Counted from the stretch's first letter, positions 10,625-20,726 are shown. The stretch: 64,000 nt of DNA from an uncultured delta proteobacterium (GCA_963778115.1 CAVZSV010000004.1:1-64000), one strand, 5' to 3'. Translations and numbers: made by a program. The notes: generated from the sequence alone by a model not told the origin.

Positions 10625-10640
10625 TGGCTTCACTCTTGCT
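10625..10640 (+). promoter_or_regulatory. Sigma-54 -24/-12 promoter
   Basis: TGGCTTCACTCTTGCT = GG-N10-GC, about 50 bp before ATG 10690. Confidence 0.72.
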
Positions 10641-10689
10641 CAATGAACCCAAGGCGCAGTCTTGCGCCTTGAGTGAGGGTTTTTGGGTC

Positions 10690-12126
10690 ATGAAGCACCG
10701 GTTGCTCATTATTGACGACGATACTTTGATGTTGGACTCCACCAAGGAGTTTCTGGAGCGTCATGGCTATCTGGTCGATACCGCTCAAAGCGGCGACCAA
10801 GCGCTCTCGCTTTTGCAGACCAATCCGCTCCAGTACTCGCTTGTCATCACCGACTATCGAATGAAAGGTCAAGACGGGGCCGCGACCGTTTCTGCGCTGA
10901 CCGCACTCAATCCCGATCTCTATGTTTTGGTCTTGTCTGGGGATTCTTCGCGAGACGCCATAAAACTAACGACACGCAGTGGAGCACGAGGCTTCATAGA
11001 CAAGTCAGAAGCTTCCACGGTGTTATTAGCTGAAATCGAAAAGTGGTGCCGTAAGTTCGAGCAGACCCATCTTACGGTAGCCAGCCATTCCGATCCGGTG
11101 GAGACAGAAAAAAAGATCGCTCAACTTGGACTCGTCGGCCGCAGCCAAAGTTTGGCCGAGATTGCCGATATCTGCCTAACGTTACGGAAACGAAATGGCC
11201 CCGTACTTATCCTAGGAGAAAGCGGTACGGGTAAGGAGCTGATTGCTCGGTCCATCCACGATCCCCAACGTGGATCTTTTCGCGCGGTGAACTGCGCTGG
11301 CTTTGGAACAAACCCCCAATTGATGGCCTCTTTTCTCTTTGGCCATGTGAAAGGGGCCTTCACGGGTGCCATACAAGACAAGAAAGGAATTTTAGAGGAT
11401 GCGGCGGGAGGTTCTGTTTTCCTTGATGAGATCTACGCGTTGCCCCTCAATTGCCAAATTGAATTATTGCGCGCCCTCCAAGAAAAGACGATTACTCCGG
11501 TCGGCGCAACCCGAGAGATCTCGGTGAAATTTCGTCTCATTGCCAGCGCCAAACCCAACCTCGTGGATGCGGTTAAGCAAGGGACGTTTTCTCTAGACCT
11601 CTTTTACCGCATCAGCAGAACCATTATTCCGGTCCCAGCACTTAAAGACAGGCCTGAGGATATAGAGCCGTTGGTTCGACATTTCTGTACCCAGTGGGCA
11701 AAAGAGAATAATGAGTCAAAGACCTTTCTTGCCCGCACCATCCCTTTCTTAGAGGCCTATCCCTGGCCTGGCAATGTTCGGGAGTTAGAAAATTTAGTCT
11801 ATAGCCTTCTCGATATCACGCCAGAATCTAAGATAGCCCCCGAACATTTGGACGCTACTTTTTTCCAAAATACACCCCGCGGAACTCCCGCCCCCCATCG
11901 TGTTTTTGCTCTTAAGGAGCGAATTGATGAAGTGGAAAAGCAGCACATGATTTCAGTCCTTGCCGTCTCAAAGACCCTAAGAGAAGCCGCCAGGCGCATG
12001 CAGGTCTCTCTGACTACGGTACTTCGTTTAATGAAAAAGCATTCGCTCGATGCAAAATCTCACTTGGCAACCCCTCGTGTAGATAATGAGCTAAAGGATC
12101 TTCTCAATCGCAATAGGGATTCATGA
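10690..12126 (+). CDS. Sigma-54-dependent response regulator (NtrC family)
   Basis: Receiver (IIDDD, TDY, DK); GESGTGKE; GAFTGA; FLDEI; WPGNVREL; Fis-type HTH. Confidence 0.95.
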   Translation: MKHRLLIIDDDTLMLDSTKEFLERHGYLVDTAQSGDQALSLLQTNPLQYSLVITDYRMKGQDGAATVSALTALNPDLYVLVLSGDSSRDAIKLTTRSGARGFIDKSEASTVLLAEIEKWCRKFEQTHLTVASHSDPVETEKKIAQLGLVGRSQSLAEIADICLTLRKRNGPVLILGESGTGKELIARSIHDPQRGSFRAVNCAGFGTNPQLMASFLFGHVKGAFTGAIQDKKGILEDAAGGSVFLDEIYALPLNCQIELLRALQEKTITPVGATREISVKFRLIASAKPNLVDAVKQGTFSLDLFYRISRTIIPVPALKDRPEDIEPLVRHFCTQWAKENNESKTFLARTIPFLEAYPWPGNVRELENLVYSLLDITPESKIAPEHLDATFFQNTPRGTPAPHRVFALKERIDEVEKQHMISVLAVSKTLREAARRMQVSLTTVLRLMKKHSLDAKSHLATPRVDNELKDLLNRNRDS

Positions 12127-14159
12127 AACGACTTCTTACATTGCGATCGTTTCTCATCTTGGTGTCGTTAAGTGTGATAGCCGTCATCATGGGGGCTTTC
12201 TATTTCCAAACGCAATCCATCATTGGGAAAGTCTTTAGTGAATTAAATCGCTTGCACGAAGAGACGATCACCCAAACCGTCCAATCCATGGTAGAGACCA
12301 AAATCTACGGCCTTAGAACCTACCGAGGATTACTCGAAAACGATAATAGTCTCTCCTCAAAAGTCATTATGGCGGCGGAGCACCACAGCCCGCAACTCAT
12401 TCTCCCGGACCTGGCCAGGCTTAGCACGAAATACCGGGTCGATTTTGTAGACGTGCTCTATCACGGCAAGACTTCCTTTTCACATCCCGAGTTGGGTTTA
12501 GGATCCGAGATAGGGGGAAAGGCCACTTCCGGATTTCGGTTATTTGAGGTCTCTGGTCAACCGGTGCTGGTGTCGTACTCCCCCTTGAGAAATTACGGCG
12601 AAGTGATAGGCACTCTGATCTTGGGTTACCAACTAAACGGTTCGCTCTTGGATGAGATTTCGCACGCCACACGGACTGCGGTGAAATTTCTAGGGCCACG
12701 CTCGCCCACGGTCTCGGGCTCTTTACCGGTATCCGTCGAAGGAGTCGAGTCCCCCGAAGGAACTCTTCGAGTCACTTTGGATGGGGGGTTAATTAGCCAT
12801 CTGGGGAGTCATACCCGAGGTGATATCACGATAGTGGGAGTTATCAGTTTCGGGCTCATCTTAGTATTGCTCTATTTACTCCTTGAGTTCGGATTCGTAA
12901 GACAGTTTAAGAAATTGCTACAGTCCATTCATTCCGTCGCGCTATCTCTAGATAAGGGCGATATTGAAGAATACATCGAAGTGTCTCATCCCATCCGTGA
13001 AGTCGCGGCCCTTTCTCAATCGTTCGCTAAATTTTCAAGAAGTCTCAAGCAGTTCGAAACTAAAGTTCAAGAAAAATCGCGAAAAGAGGCTTTTGTTGAA
13101 GTCGCTGAACAGGTAGCCCACGACATCAAATCACCCTTGAGCGCTCTTGATATGATGCTTTCCGAAAGTGATTTGGCAGGGGTTCCCGACAAACGGCGAG
13201 GGAGAATCCGAGAATGCATCCAGAGGATCAAAGACACACTTCGCGTGCTGTCGGAGAAACGGCTTCCCAGCACGTCGGCATTGGCAGGATTGGTAGTTCC
13301 CACCTCCCCGAGTGCTGTCGTTGAAACCATAGTCTCTGAAAAACGTATCCAATACCGAAACCGGACCGATCTAGTAATCTCAAGCGATACTGTGACGGGT
13401 TACGGCCTGTTTTGCGCGATTGCGCCCAATGATCTAAAGCGCCTGCTCTCAAATCTAATCGATAACTCCGTTCAAGCGACCCACGACGGATACGTCGGAG
13501 TTAGTGTCGCCGAGGAGGCTTCCCAAATTGAGTTAGTGGTCGAAGATAGTGGTACCGGAATTCCCAAAGAGTTGTTACCGAAACTGGCACTACGAGGAAA
13601 CAGTTTCGGAAAATCAGATGGCTCAGGCCTTGGACTTTGGAACGCCAAAGAAGTGATTTCAAGCTATGGAGGATCTCTTTCGGTAAGCTCTGAAGTGGGC
13701 GTAGGAACGATAGTGACTATTCGCATTCCTAAAGTGAGCGCCCCTTGTTGGTTTGTTCCCTCGCTTGAAATTCCCGTGGATGCCACTATCGTCATTGTTG
13801 ACGATTCCCCCACTATCCATGAGATCTGGAAAAAACGATTACACTCACTTGGAATTACCCATATCGAACACTTTTCCGGGCCCCACTCTTTCTTTAGTGC
13901 CATGGAAACTCGCAGGCGGCGCCCTTTTCTCTGTTTGATCGATTATGAACTGGGCGCGGGGCTTGCTACGGGGCTCGATGTCATCACTAGACTTTCGCTA
14001 GAGGCGGGGGCCATTTTAGTTACTGGCCACGCGGGCTCTCTGACAATCCAGCAAATATGCACCGAGCGAAAGATTCGACTTATCGCAAAAGATCTCATCG
14101 ATGCGGTTCCCCTTAGAGTTACCCAGGCCATGTCTGAATCGCAGGGAGAGCCGTCATGA
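12123..14159 (+). CDS. Membrane hybrid sensor histidine kinase with C-terminal receiver-like domain
   Basis: Two TM helices around a periplasmic domain; H-box QVAHDIKSPL; N-box NLIDNS; DSGTG; GSGLGL; C-terminal IVDD..IDY..VTG..AK. Confidence 0.92.
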   Translation: MKRLLTLRSFLILVSLSVIAVIMGAFYFQTQSIIGKVFSELNRLHEETITQTVQSMVETKIYGLRTYRGLLENDNSLSSKVIMAAEHHSPQLILPDLARLSTKYRVDFVDVLYHGKTSFSHPELGLGSEIGGKATSGFRLFEVSGQPVLVSYSPLRNYGEVIGTLILGYQLNGSLLDEISHATRTAVKFLGPRSPTVSGSLPVSVEGVESPEGTLRVTLDGGLISHLGSHTRGDITIVGVISFGLILVLLYLLLEFGFVRQFKKLLQSIHSVALSLDKGDIEEYIEVSHPIREVAALSQSFAKFSRSLKQFETKVQEKSRKEAFVEVAEQVAHDIKSPLSALDMMLSESDLAGVPDKRRGRIRECIQRIKDTLRVLSEKRLPSTSALAGLVVPTSPSAVVETIVSEKRIQYRNRTDLVISSDTVTGYGLFCAIAPNDLKRLLSNLIDNSVQATHDGYVGVSVAEEASQIELVVEDSGTGIPKELLPKLALRGNSFGKSDGSGLGLWNAKEVISSYGGSLSVSSEVGVGTIVTIRIPKVSAPCWFVPSLEIPVDATIVIVDDSPTIHEIWKKRLHSLGITHIEHFSGPHSFFSAMETRRRRPFLCLIDYELGAGLATGLDVITRLSLEAGAILVTGHAGSLTIQQICTERKIRLIAKDLIDAVPLRVTQAMSESQGEPS

Positions 14160-15277
14160 AGTATTTTCTCTTCTTCGCGGCAACTCTATTTTGCTTTACC
14201 CAAAGAGCCCTGGCATTGGAGACCACTCCCGAGCGCCTGATTGGCCACGCGTGGCGTTTTTCCAAACCAAAGCCCATTATTATAGCCCGCCATCTGTACC
14301 TATTATCCGAAGTTACTGGCCTCAACACGACCATTTCAGCCTCTTTCCTCAACGCCGTTGCTAAAGAGCGCCTTACTCGGGTGGGAATCGAGGCCATTGT
14401 GGAGCGCGGTTCCTATTCACAGAAAATTCAAGAAGCAGCCGAATCCCATCATTGGTGGGCACAAGGCGATTGCGGCTCATTTCTTGCCCCCCATCTTTTT
14501 ATCGCGGCTTCTATCCATGGATCGGGCGGATTATTTGAATTGAACGCCAGAGTGGTGCTCTTACGATCCGAGCGAAGTGCAGACCAAATCATGTGGAAAA
14601 CGGAACACGACGCAGAGTTAAGTCTGAAAGAACTTACCGCAAGCGAAGTCAATGAGAAGATGACTTTGTTCGTAAGGAAAGAGATGTCCGATCTGGCAGG
14701 TAACGTGAAGCGATTAATAAAGACCTCTCCGCGCGAAGGAGTGTGCGCAGAGCAGGGATTCGAGCTTACAAAACTTGAATTACTAAAACCAAAGCCTCTC
14801 GAAACGACAGAGGTAGAAACCAAAGAGGGCGAAACCAAGGAGAAATCTTGGCATTTAGGAGTTGCTGTCGGCTCTCCCATTATAGGAAACCTCGAGCTCG
14901 AAGGATGGAGAATCGGTTCGCTTCCCTTGGCCACGAGCCTTTCCGGAATGTACTACTCGAGCTCTTCTCGCGGAGTTCTCTGGACGACTAGCTGGATCTT
15001 TGCGCGCGTTCGAACGGAGCACGCTGTTGGAATAGCCGTCGCAGGATTTAATTATACGTTTCCAGAAACAAAACAAAATTTCGCTAGCGATGGGAGTCCG
15101 CTGGCTCCTACCATTGACTTGGTCGACCGCCTAGCTGCCTATGTGGGGCCCGTTTACACTTTTAGATGGAATGCTTTGCGAATTCAGGCAGGCGTATCGA
15201 CTCTAGTCGGAAACACAGGCCCCGGAACGGTTCGCTGGCTCCTTCAAGGCGCTTACCTGCCGTTATCACTTTTCTAG
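14156..15277 (+). CDS. Exported protein, probable periplasmic domain plus C-terminal beta-barrel
   Basis: Signal peptide (ALA); C-terminal half has amphipathic strands ending in F; ATGA overlap with the kinase. Confidence 0.65.
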   Translation: MKYFLFFAATLFCFTQRALALETTPERLIGHAWRFSKPKPIIIARHLYLLSEVTGLNTTISASFLNAVAKERLTRVGIEAIVERGSYSQKIQEAAESHHWWAQGDCGSFLAPHLFIAASIHGSGGLFELNARVVLLRSERSADQIMWKTEHDAELSLKELTASEVNEKMTLFVRKEMSDLAGNVKRLIKTSPREGVCAEQGFELTKLELLKPKPLETTEVETKEGETKEKSWHLGVAVGSPIIGNLELEGWRIGSLPLATSLSGMYYSSSSRGVLWTTSWIFARVRTEHAVGIAVAGFNYTFPETKQNFASDGSPLAPTIDLVDRLAAYVGPVYTFRWNALRIQAGVSTLVGNTGPGTVRWLLQGAYLPLSLF

Positions 15278-15317
15278 CTCCCATGAACCACAGGCCTACA
15301 GGTACTAAACCCCCGAC

Positions 15318-15393
15318 TGCTCCGTTTTCGGAGCAGGGTCTATGGTATTGAATTTACGAGACTCTTATCGTCGGCTGGTATCTTTTCGTACCA
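15318..15393. promoter_or_regulatory. Two candidate bEBP enhancer sites
   Basis: TGCTCC-GTTTTC-GGAGCA (15318-15335) and TGGTAT-CTTTTC-GTACCA (15376-15393), both resembling 10511-10528. Confidence 0.55.
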
Positions 15394-15464
15394 CCGCTAC
15401 CTTTCGTTCCAAATTCGAGAGTTCAAAAGTGACACGAATCCAAGCATTTCCGAAACGCCCGCCG

Positions 15465-15481
15465 TTGGCCCGGTCCTTGTA
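15465..15481 (+). promoter_or_regulatory. Candidate sigma-54 promoter (-12 GT variant)
   Basis: TTGGCCCGGTCCTTGTA = GG-N10-GT, about 70 bp before ATG 15551. Confidence 0.5.
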
Positions 15482-15550
15482 ATAACAACCAGCGAACCAG
15501 CGAAATGGAATCGAAACGAAGCAAGCGCTGTTTCTTGCGGAGGTAGGAAA

Positions 15551-16651
15551 ATGGTTTCAGCAATTCAAAGTCCGGTCGTTTCCGACGACTTTTTAAACAA
15601 GATGACCCCACGCGCGCGCGAGGCAGACCCCATCATCGGAAAAGATCCCGCACTGGTTCGCGCTAAAGCCACGACCGAAGAAGCAAGAAGCTTACGGATT
15701 CTCTTTTACGGTGAAACCGGAGTGGGGAAAACACCGTTTGCCCGGTTTTCTAATTTCGTAATGGCACGTACTAGTACACAAAAACGCCCCTTCGAACAAT
15801 TAAACTGTGCCTGTTTGACCCCAGATCACTTTCAAGACCAGCTCTTTGGGCATAAGAAGGGTGCATTCACAGGAGCGATTTGCGATAAAGCAGGTTTAGT
15901 GGAAATCGCCCGCGGAGGAGATCTCTTTTTGGACGAGATTGGAGATATGCCTTTAGAGACTCAGAGTCACTTTCTCACTTTCTTAGACTCCATGGAGTAC
16001 TACCGTCTGGGAGACGATCGCAAACGTACTGCCGACGTACGCATCTTGTGTGCTACCAACCGAGACCTTAAAAAAATGGTAGAACAGGGCATGTTCCGTC
16101 GTGACCTTTATTCACGAATTTCACAAGTCATCGTCTCGATTCCAGCGCTTCGAGATCGCGTGGGAGATCTGCGAGAACTCTTCGAGTACTTCGTAGTAAA
16201 ATTCTGCGGATTTGCTAAAGCGTATGATAGTGAAATCATCGAAACTTTGCGTAAATACGACTGGAAGGATGGGAACGTCAGAGAACTAAAAGACGCGGTG
16301 GAGTTGCTATGTCTGATGTCGACAGACAATGACACGATCTCTGTCGTTCATTTGGCAGACCGCTACCGGCAAAGTGACTTTGGCTCCAACTCCACGTTGA
16401 CCCTATCATCGGTGGCCCAGTCCATTGGAGACAGCCATACCGCTTTAAACCGGGTCTACGATATGGGGCTGGAGAAGTATCTAGAAGAGATTGAATCGCA
16501 GGTTCTTTCGCACTTACTGCAAAGACACTTTGGCAGCATCGATGATTTGGCCCACGACCTTCATGTCTCTCGTTCCACGTTGTATCGCCGGCTTAAACGG
16601 CTGTGCCCGGGGAATCGGGCTTTGGCCAACCGCTTGGGGATGGTGCAATAA
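15551..16651 (+). CDS. Sigma-54 enhancer-binding protein lacking a regulatory domain (PspF/HrpR-type architecture)
   Basis: AAA+ domain starts at about aa 28; GETGVGKT, GAFTGA, FLDEIG, GNVREL; HTH VSRSTLYRRLK; SD AGGTAGG. Confidence 0.92.
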   Translation: MVSAIQSPVVSDDFLNKMTPRAREADPIIGKDPALVRAKATTEEARSLRILFYGETGVGKTPFARFSNFVMARTSTQKRPFEQLNCACLTPDHFQDQLFGHKKGAFTGAICDKAGLVEIARGGDLFLDEIGDMPLETQSHFLTFLDSMEYYRLGDDRKRTADVRILCATNRDLKKMVEQGMFRRDLYSRISQVIVSIPALRDRVGDLRELFEYFVVKFCGFAKAYDSEIIETLRKYDWKDGNVRELKDAVELLCLMSTDNDTISVVHLADRYRQSDFGSNSTLTLSSVAQSIGDSHTALNRVYDMGLEKYLEEIESQVLSHLLQRHFGSIDDLAHDLHVSRSTLYRRLKRLCPGNRALANRLGMVQ

Positions 16652-16729
16652 GGGCGGGGTAAACTAATCTTAAGATTTATCCTTAGTATCGTTTCGCTGG
16701 AGGGGAAATGATGCTAACCTCCCCCTACT

Positions 16730-17122
16730 GTGCGCTGGTTTGAGAATGAAAAGGTCTTACACGAATTGGCTGGCTCCCCAGTCCGAAATGACTGGGTGGA
16801 ACAGGGCGCTGAAGTGGCCCTGGCTCAAGTCCTAAGTAAACTGCCTTTGGAGCTTCGTTCCAAGGACCGCCTCGGCCCTCTGGCGATCCAACCTCTACCT
16901 GGAGTTTCAGGTGGCGATGGCACCGAGAACTACTGCTGGATGATGCCTTTGGACGGAAGTCATGCCCGCAGCAAGATCCTTGGCCCGGCACTTCAAGTAA
17001 AACTGATTGATACCGAAGGAAAGATCTTTTTTGAAGGGACGTGGGGAGAGACCCCCTTCGAAACCATCCAACTACATGAACGCTTTTTTATCTGGCTCGC
17101 CCCTCCCCAACGAACGCGATAG
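16730..17122 (+). CDS. Hypothetical protein
   Basis: 130-aa ORF filling the gap; stop 11 bp before the aminopeptidase. Confidence 0.6.
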   Translation: MRWFENEKVLHELAGSPVRNDWVEQGAEVALAQVLSKLPLELRSKDRLGPLAIQPLPGVSGGDGTENYCWMMPLDGSHARSKILGPALQVKLIDTEGKIFFEGTWGETPFETIQLHERFFIWLAPPQRTR

Positions 17123-17133
17123 GAATCACGACC

Positions 17134-18652
17134 ATGGAAAATATAAACCGGAAACCCTTTGCAACCGCCACCCTCTTTACCCTGACTGGCAAAGAACCTG
17201 ACTGGGCCGATTTTGACGCCGTTCTGCTTGCGGTCGAACCTAAGGTAGCACTAGCGGATGCGCTAAAGGGTCTACCTCGGCCGAGTAGCCAAGAGATACT
17301 AGCCTTCGCCAAACGAAGTGAATTTAAAGCCCGACCCAAACAGACTTTAGCGTTTGATTCGGCGACCCAACGCAAAATCGTAGTCGCCATTGTTCCCACC
17401 GCCAAAGCCACCTTTACGTCGCTAGAATGGGCAAGAAAGGTGATTAAGCCTCTTCTAGAAAACAAGAGTTCCAAAATCCTCGTTGATCTAAGAGCAACCT
17501 CCCGATCAAATACGCTCTTGGACGCCATCGTCTCCGCGCGAATCGGCGCTGAGTTCGAACCTTACAAGTACTCTAAGAAAAAAAAGGAAAAACAGAATAC
17601 CAAACCGCCGGTGACATTCTGTTTCTGTTTACGAGAAGACGAACTAGAGCCTCTTAGTCATGTCTTAGAAAAAGCGATCCTCACTGCCGAGGGCACCAAT
17701 CTCGTGAGACAGCTTGCCCACTTGGCGGGAAACGATCTCACTCCCAGCCGTTACGTCGAAAGCGCCACGGAAATCGCAAAAGGGCACTCGCTTAAGACAG
17801 AGTTTTTCTCATTAGAAAAATTAAGAAAGATGGGGGCCGGAGCATTTCTCGCGGTAGCACAAGGATCCCAAGACCGGGGGGGTGGAATTCTAAAAATTAC
17901 CTACCAACCCAGGCAGTTCAAAAAAACGCTAGCTCTTGTCGGGAAGGGAATCACTTTCGATACCGGAGGTACGAATATAAAAACCGGGGCGCACATGTTT
18001 AACATGCACTACGACATGTCAGGCTCGGCGGTCGCCCTGGCCACTTTGCTTGTCGCAAAGAGAAGCCAGTGGCCGCTTAAAGTGGAGACCTATTTAGCGA
18101 TCTCCGATAATAGCATTGGACCCGAGTCCTATCGCCCCAACGATGTCGTAACTTCTTTGAAAGGGCTTACGATCGAAGTCATCGATGCGGATGCTGAGGG
18201 CAGGATGGTCTTAGCCGATGCGCTCTATTTGAGCTCGCTCAGTAAGCCGGATCTCGTCATCGACTTCGCCACTTTAACGGGGGCCTGCATTCGGGCCATC
18301 GGGCATCTTTACAGCGGAGGATTTTCGAATCGATCTCGTCTTTTGAGAAGTATCGAAAAGGCAGGCAAGAAAAGTGGCGAAAGAGTTTGGCCCTTTCCCA
18401 AAGACCCCGATTTCGCCCGATGCCTAAAATCGCAAGTGGCTGACATCAAACAATGCCGGATTAGTGGCGGAACCGACCATATCGAAGCGAGTCAATTTTT
18501 GTCGAAATTCGTCGAAAAGGGGGTTCCTTGGGTTCACGTGGATACTTTCGGGCATCCAAAATGACGGCGGGCTGGCTCACATAGGGACTGAATTTACCGG
18601 GTTTGGAGTTCGTTTCGCCGTAGCCTTAATAGAATCGGTGCTGGGCGTTTAA
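17134..18652 (+). pseudogene. pepA: M17 leucyl aminopeptidase with a 1-nt frameshift near the C-terminus (pseudogene or sequencing error)
   Basis: VGKGITFDTGG, DMSGSA, DAEGRM, ATLTGA; removing A18544 gives WVHVDLSG...GGLAH...TGFGVR, a normal M17 end. Confidence 0.85.
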
Positions 18653-18704
18653 CCTTGGGAGTTGCCCACTTGCTCCCATTGCCCCGGTCCATTACAATAA
18701 AACG

Positions 18705-19001
18705 GTGTTTATGCTTAGCAGGAAAAGAACTTTTACCCATCGGCGCATTCTTCTTACCCCTGTCTTAGCCGTAGCCCTATTCTGTTATTCGGGGATATCT
18801 GCGCAGGCGAAAGAACCCATTAAGTCACCCTGCGAAACGGACGCCAGCCAAGAGATGTGTCGCCCTTCGCCTTCTACTGCTGTCGTAGCGCCCCCTCTTC
18901 CAGCCCAGCGCGAGCCGGAGGCATCGACTCACCAGAAGAAGAAAAGGCCAGCTAGCTCGCAAGGTGCCAAGAAGAAAGATCCCCCTTCGACAACTCCATA
19001 G
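18705..19001 (+). CDS. Small exported hypothetical protein
   Basis: Signal peptide ending AQA; two Cys; Pro/Lys-rich tail; TTGCTC-17-TACAAT directly upstream. Confidence 0.6.
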   Translation: MFMLSRKRTFTHRRILLTPVLAVALFCYSGISAQAKEPIKSPCETDASQEMCRPSPSTAVVAPPLPAQREPEASTHQKKKRPASSQGAKKKDPPSTTP

Positions 19002-19030
19002 CGAAATCAAAAGGGAATGAAAGGGAAGTT

Positions 19031-20290
19031 TTAAGCGAGTAAAGGAAGAATCAGATTGATCCATGTCCCTTTTCCGGGACGCCAACCGATGTCGACCGAG
19101 CCGCCCTTTTCAGAAACGGCCACTTTAAGATTTTCAAATTCGCTGCTGTGGGAAAGATCGACACCTCGACCATCCGTGCTGATACCAAGCCATAACCATT
19201 CGGGTTCTTCACAGGCCGTTCTAATGGTTTGCGCGTCGAAGGCTATCGAAGCCGAAGGCTCTTTTCCTTGAGCGCGCCTCTCGACCGCCCATTCAATGTC
19301 TTTATCGATAAGGGAGTTTATCGTTGCCTCCAAGGACTCAAATACGGGTCGCACCCGAGTCCCCTCAAGAACGATTCCTCCTCCCGAGAACGACTTTGCC
19401 CAAATGGATTTTCGCATCGCCCGAGATCGCAGGAGAATGGAATCGAGAAATTGGTTGTAGAAGTAATCGAGCCTCGGTTTCCAAGCAGGAAGTACTGGCG
19501 GGCAGATACGCAGGGTCTGTTCTTCTTCTAGCGCTAACGTTTCTGGGACCTCTTGCTGTTGGCCTTTGAGTTCCCCACTCGCCTTTTTGGGAGGTGTCGC
19601 CACCCGAAGGTATTGGGATACCTCAGGGATCTTAAATCTCGTCGCAACGATAAAGACGACCCCTGCTAAGGCGACCAACAGCAGAGGAACTGCCCACACG
19701 GAGAGTAATACCAGTTTCATCCGATCCAATTGCTGGCCTAAGGGGTAGTCCACTTGAACCGTGCCCACCGCTTTTCCTTCTTTGTCGTGAATGGGAGCAT
19801 AGGAGGTCACCCATTGGTCTCGTTGATCTACGTACAGAGGGGTGGACTGCACCTCCCCCGATTTTAGACTCCTCATCGCCTCGGTAGTCCAAGGCAATTG
19901 CAGGCCTTCGTATCCCAGACGCCCAGAATTTCCGACGGCCCATCCTCGCTGCCTCTTGTCGTCGGTAAACCAGACCCGCACCGATTCCTGGGTACCAGCG
20001 TCATAGATCCTACCGCTCAAATAGCGCCAGCGCTCGAGTTCCGGCGAAGCCTTCCCTAAGGGTTCACCGTCCTTTCGCTTTTGCACTAAGGTGCTAACAT
20101 CTCGCGTATCCCACAAAGCAGCCTGGCTGAGCGCACTTTGTTCTGCTCGCTGGATCCCTAGAGCTTCAAACTGCCCCAGGGTTGACTGAAAGCTCTGAAA
20201 AACACCCCATCCCCCGATCAGGACCAAGAGGGCCAAGAAAAACCTTTGAGAATTTCTTAGCGTCAATATGGGAAGTAGATATTTTTGCAT
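19031..20290 (-). CDS. Membrane Cache-domain sensor fused to a degenerate CheA-like HATPase
   Basis: Two TM helices; Cache-like WVTSYAPIHDKEGKAVGTVQVDY; ERRAQGK, TDGRG and GKGTWINLILPL resemble the CheA ATPase. Confidence 0.7.
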   Translation of the reverse strand: MQKYLLPILTLRNSQRFFLALLVLIGGWGVFQSFQSTLGQFEALGIQRAEQSALSQAALWDTRDVSTLVQKRKDGEPLGKASPELERWRYLSGRIYDAGTQESVRVWFTDDKRQRGWAVGNSGRLGYEGLQLPWTTEAMRSLKSGEVQSTPLYVDQRDQWVTSYAPIHDKEGKAVGTVQVDYPLGQQLDRMKLVLLSVWAVPLLLVALAGVVFIVATRFKIPEVSQYLRVATPPKKASGELKGQQQEVPETLALEEEQTLRICPPVLPAWKPRLDYFYNQFLDSILLRSRAMRKSIWAKSFSGGGIVLEGTRVRPVFESLEATINSLIDKDIEWAVERRAQGKEPSASIAFDAQTIRTACEEPEWLWLGISTDGRGVDLSHSSEFENLKVAVSEKGGSVDIGWRPGKGTWINLILPLLA

Positions 20291-20420
20291 GTCGGATGAA
20301 GAGGAGAAGGGAAAAAAAGGCTCTCGACCTCTTATCGGTATCCCCGAGGAAAGCTTTAACAGCCGCAATGGCACAGAGGGGCTAACGACCGATGGCGAGT
20401 CGGGGGTAAACTGATAGATA

Positions 20421-20726
20421 ATGCGCCTTTTTCGCCTGACTACCCTCTTTCTCCTGTTACACGCAGGTTGCTTACCGTTCAGCTTTCCAAGCTTTCTTGA
20501 ACTTTCAAATGCGGATCCCACTCCCCATCCGGATACGGCTCCCGCCGCTAGCGAAACGACAAGTCCCGAGCCACGTTCGATCCAGGTTCCCTACTTTGAA
20601 GATGGAAAATTTGCCGGATATACGCAACTGCCCATGGATGCCGATCGAAATCCGAAAAATGTGAACAACCCAGCCACTCTTCAGCTCGACAAAACGACCG
20701 AAGAGACCGAAAATCCTAATCCGTAA
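20421..20726 (+). CDS. Small lipoprotein
   Basis: Signal with lipobox HAGC; Pro/Thr-rich body. Confidence 0.6.
   Translation: MRLFRLTTLFLLLHAGCLPFSFPSFLELSNADPTPHPDTAPAASETTSPEPRSIQVPYFEDGKFAGYTQLPMDADRNPKNVNNPATLQLDKTTEETENPNP

Noticed and set aside
16666..16677. Palindrome AATCTTAAGATT
   Set aside because: Short and AT-rich; only a partial copy at about 36725; could be chance
20369..20383. TGGCACAGAGGGGCT as a sigma-54 box
   Set aside because: N9 spacing and no TT before GC
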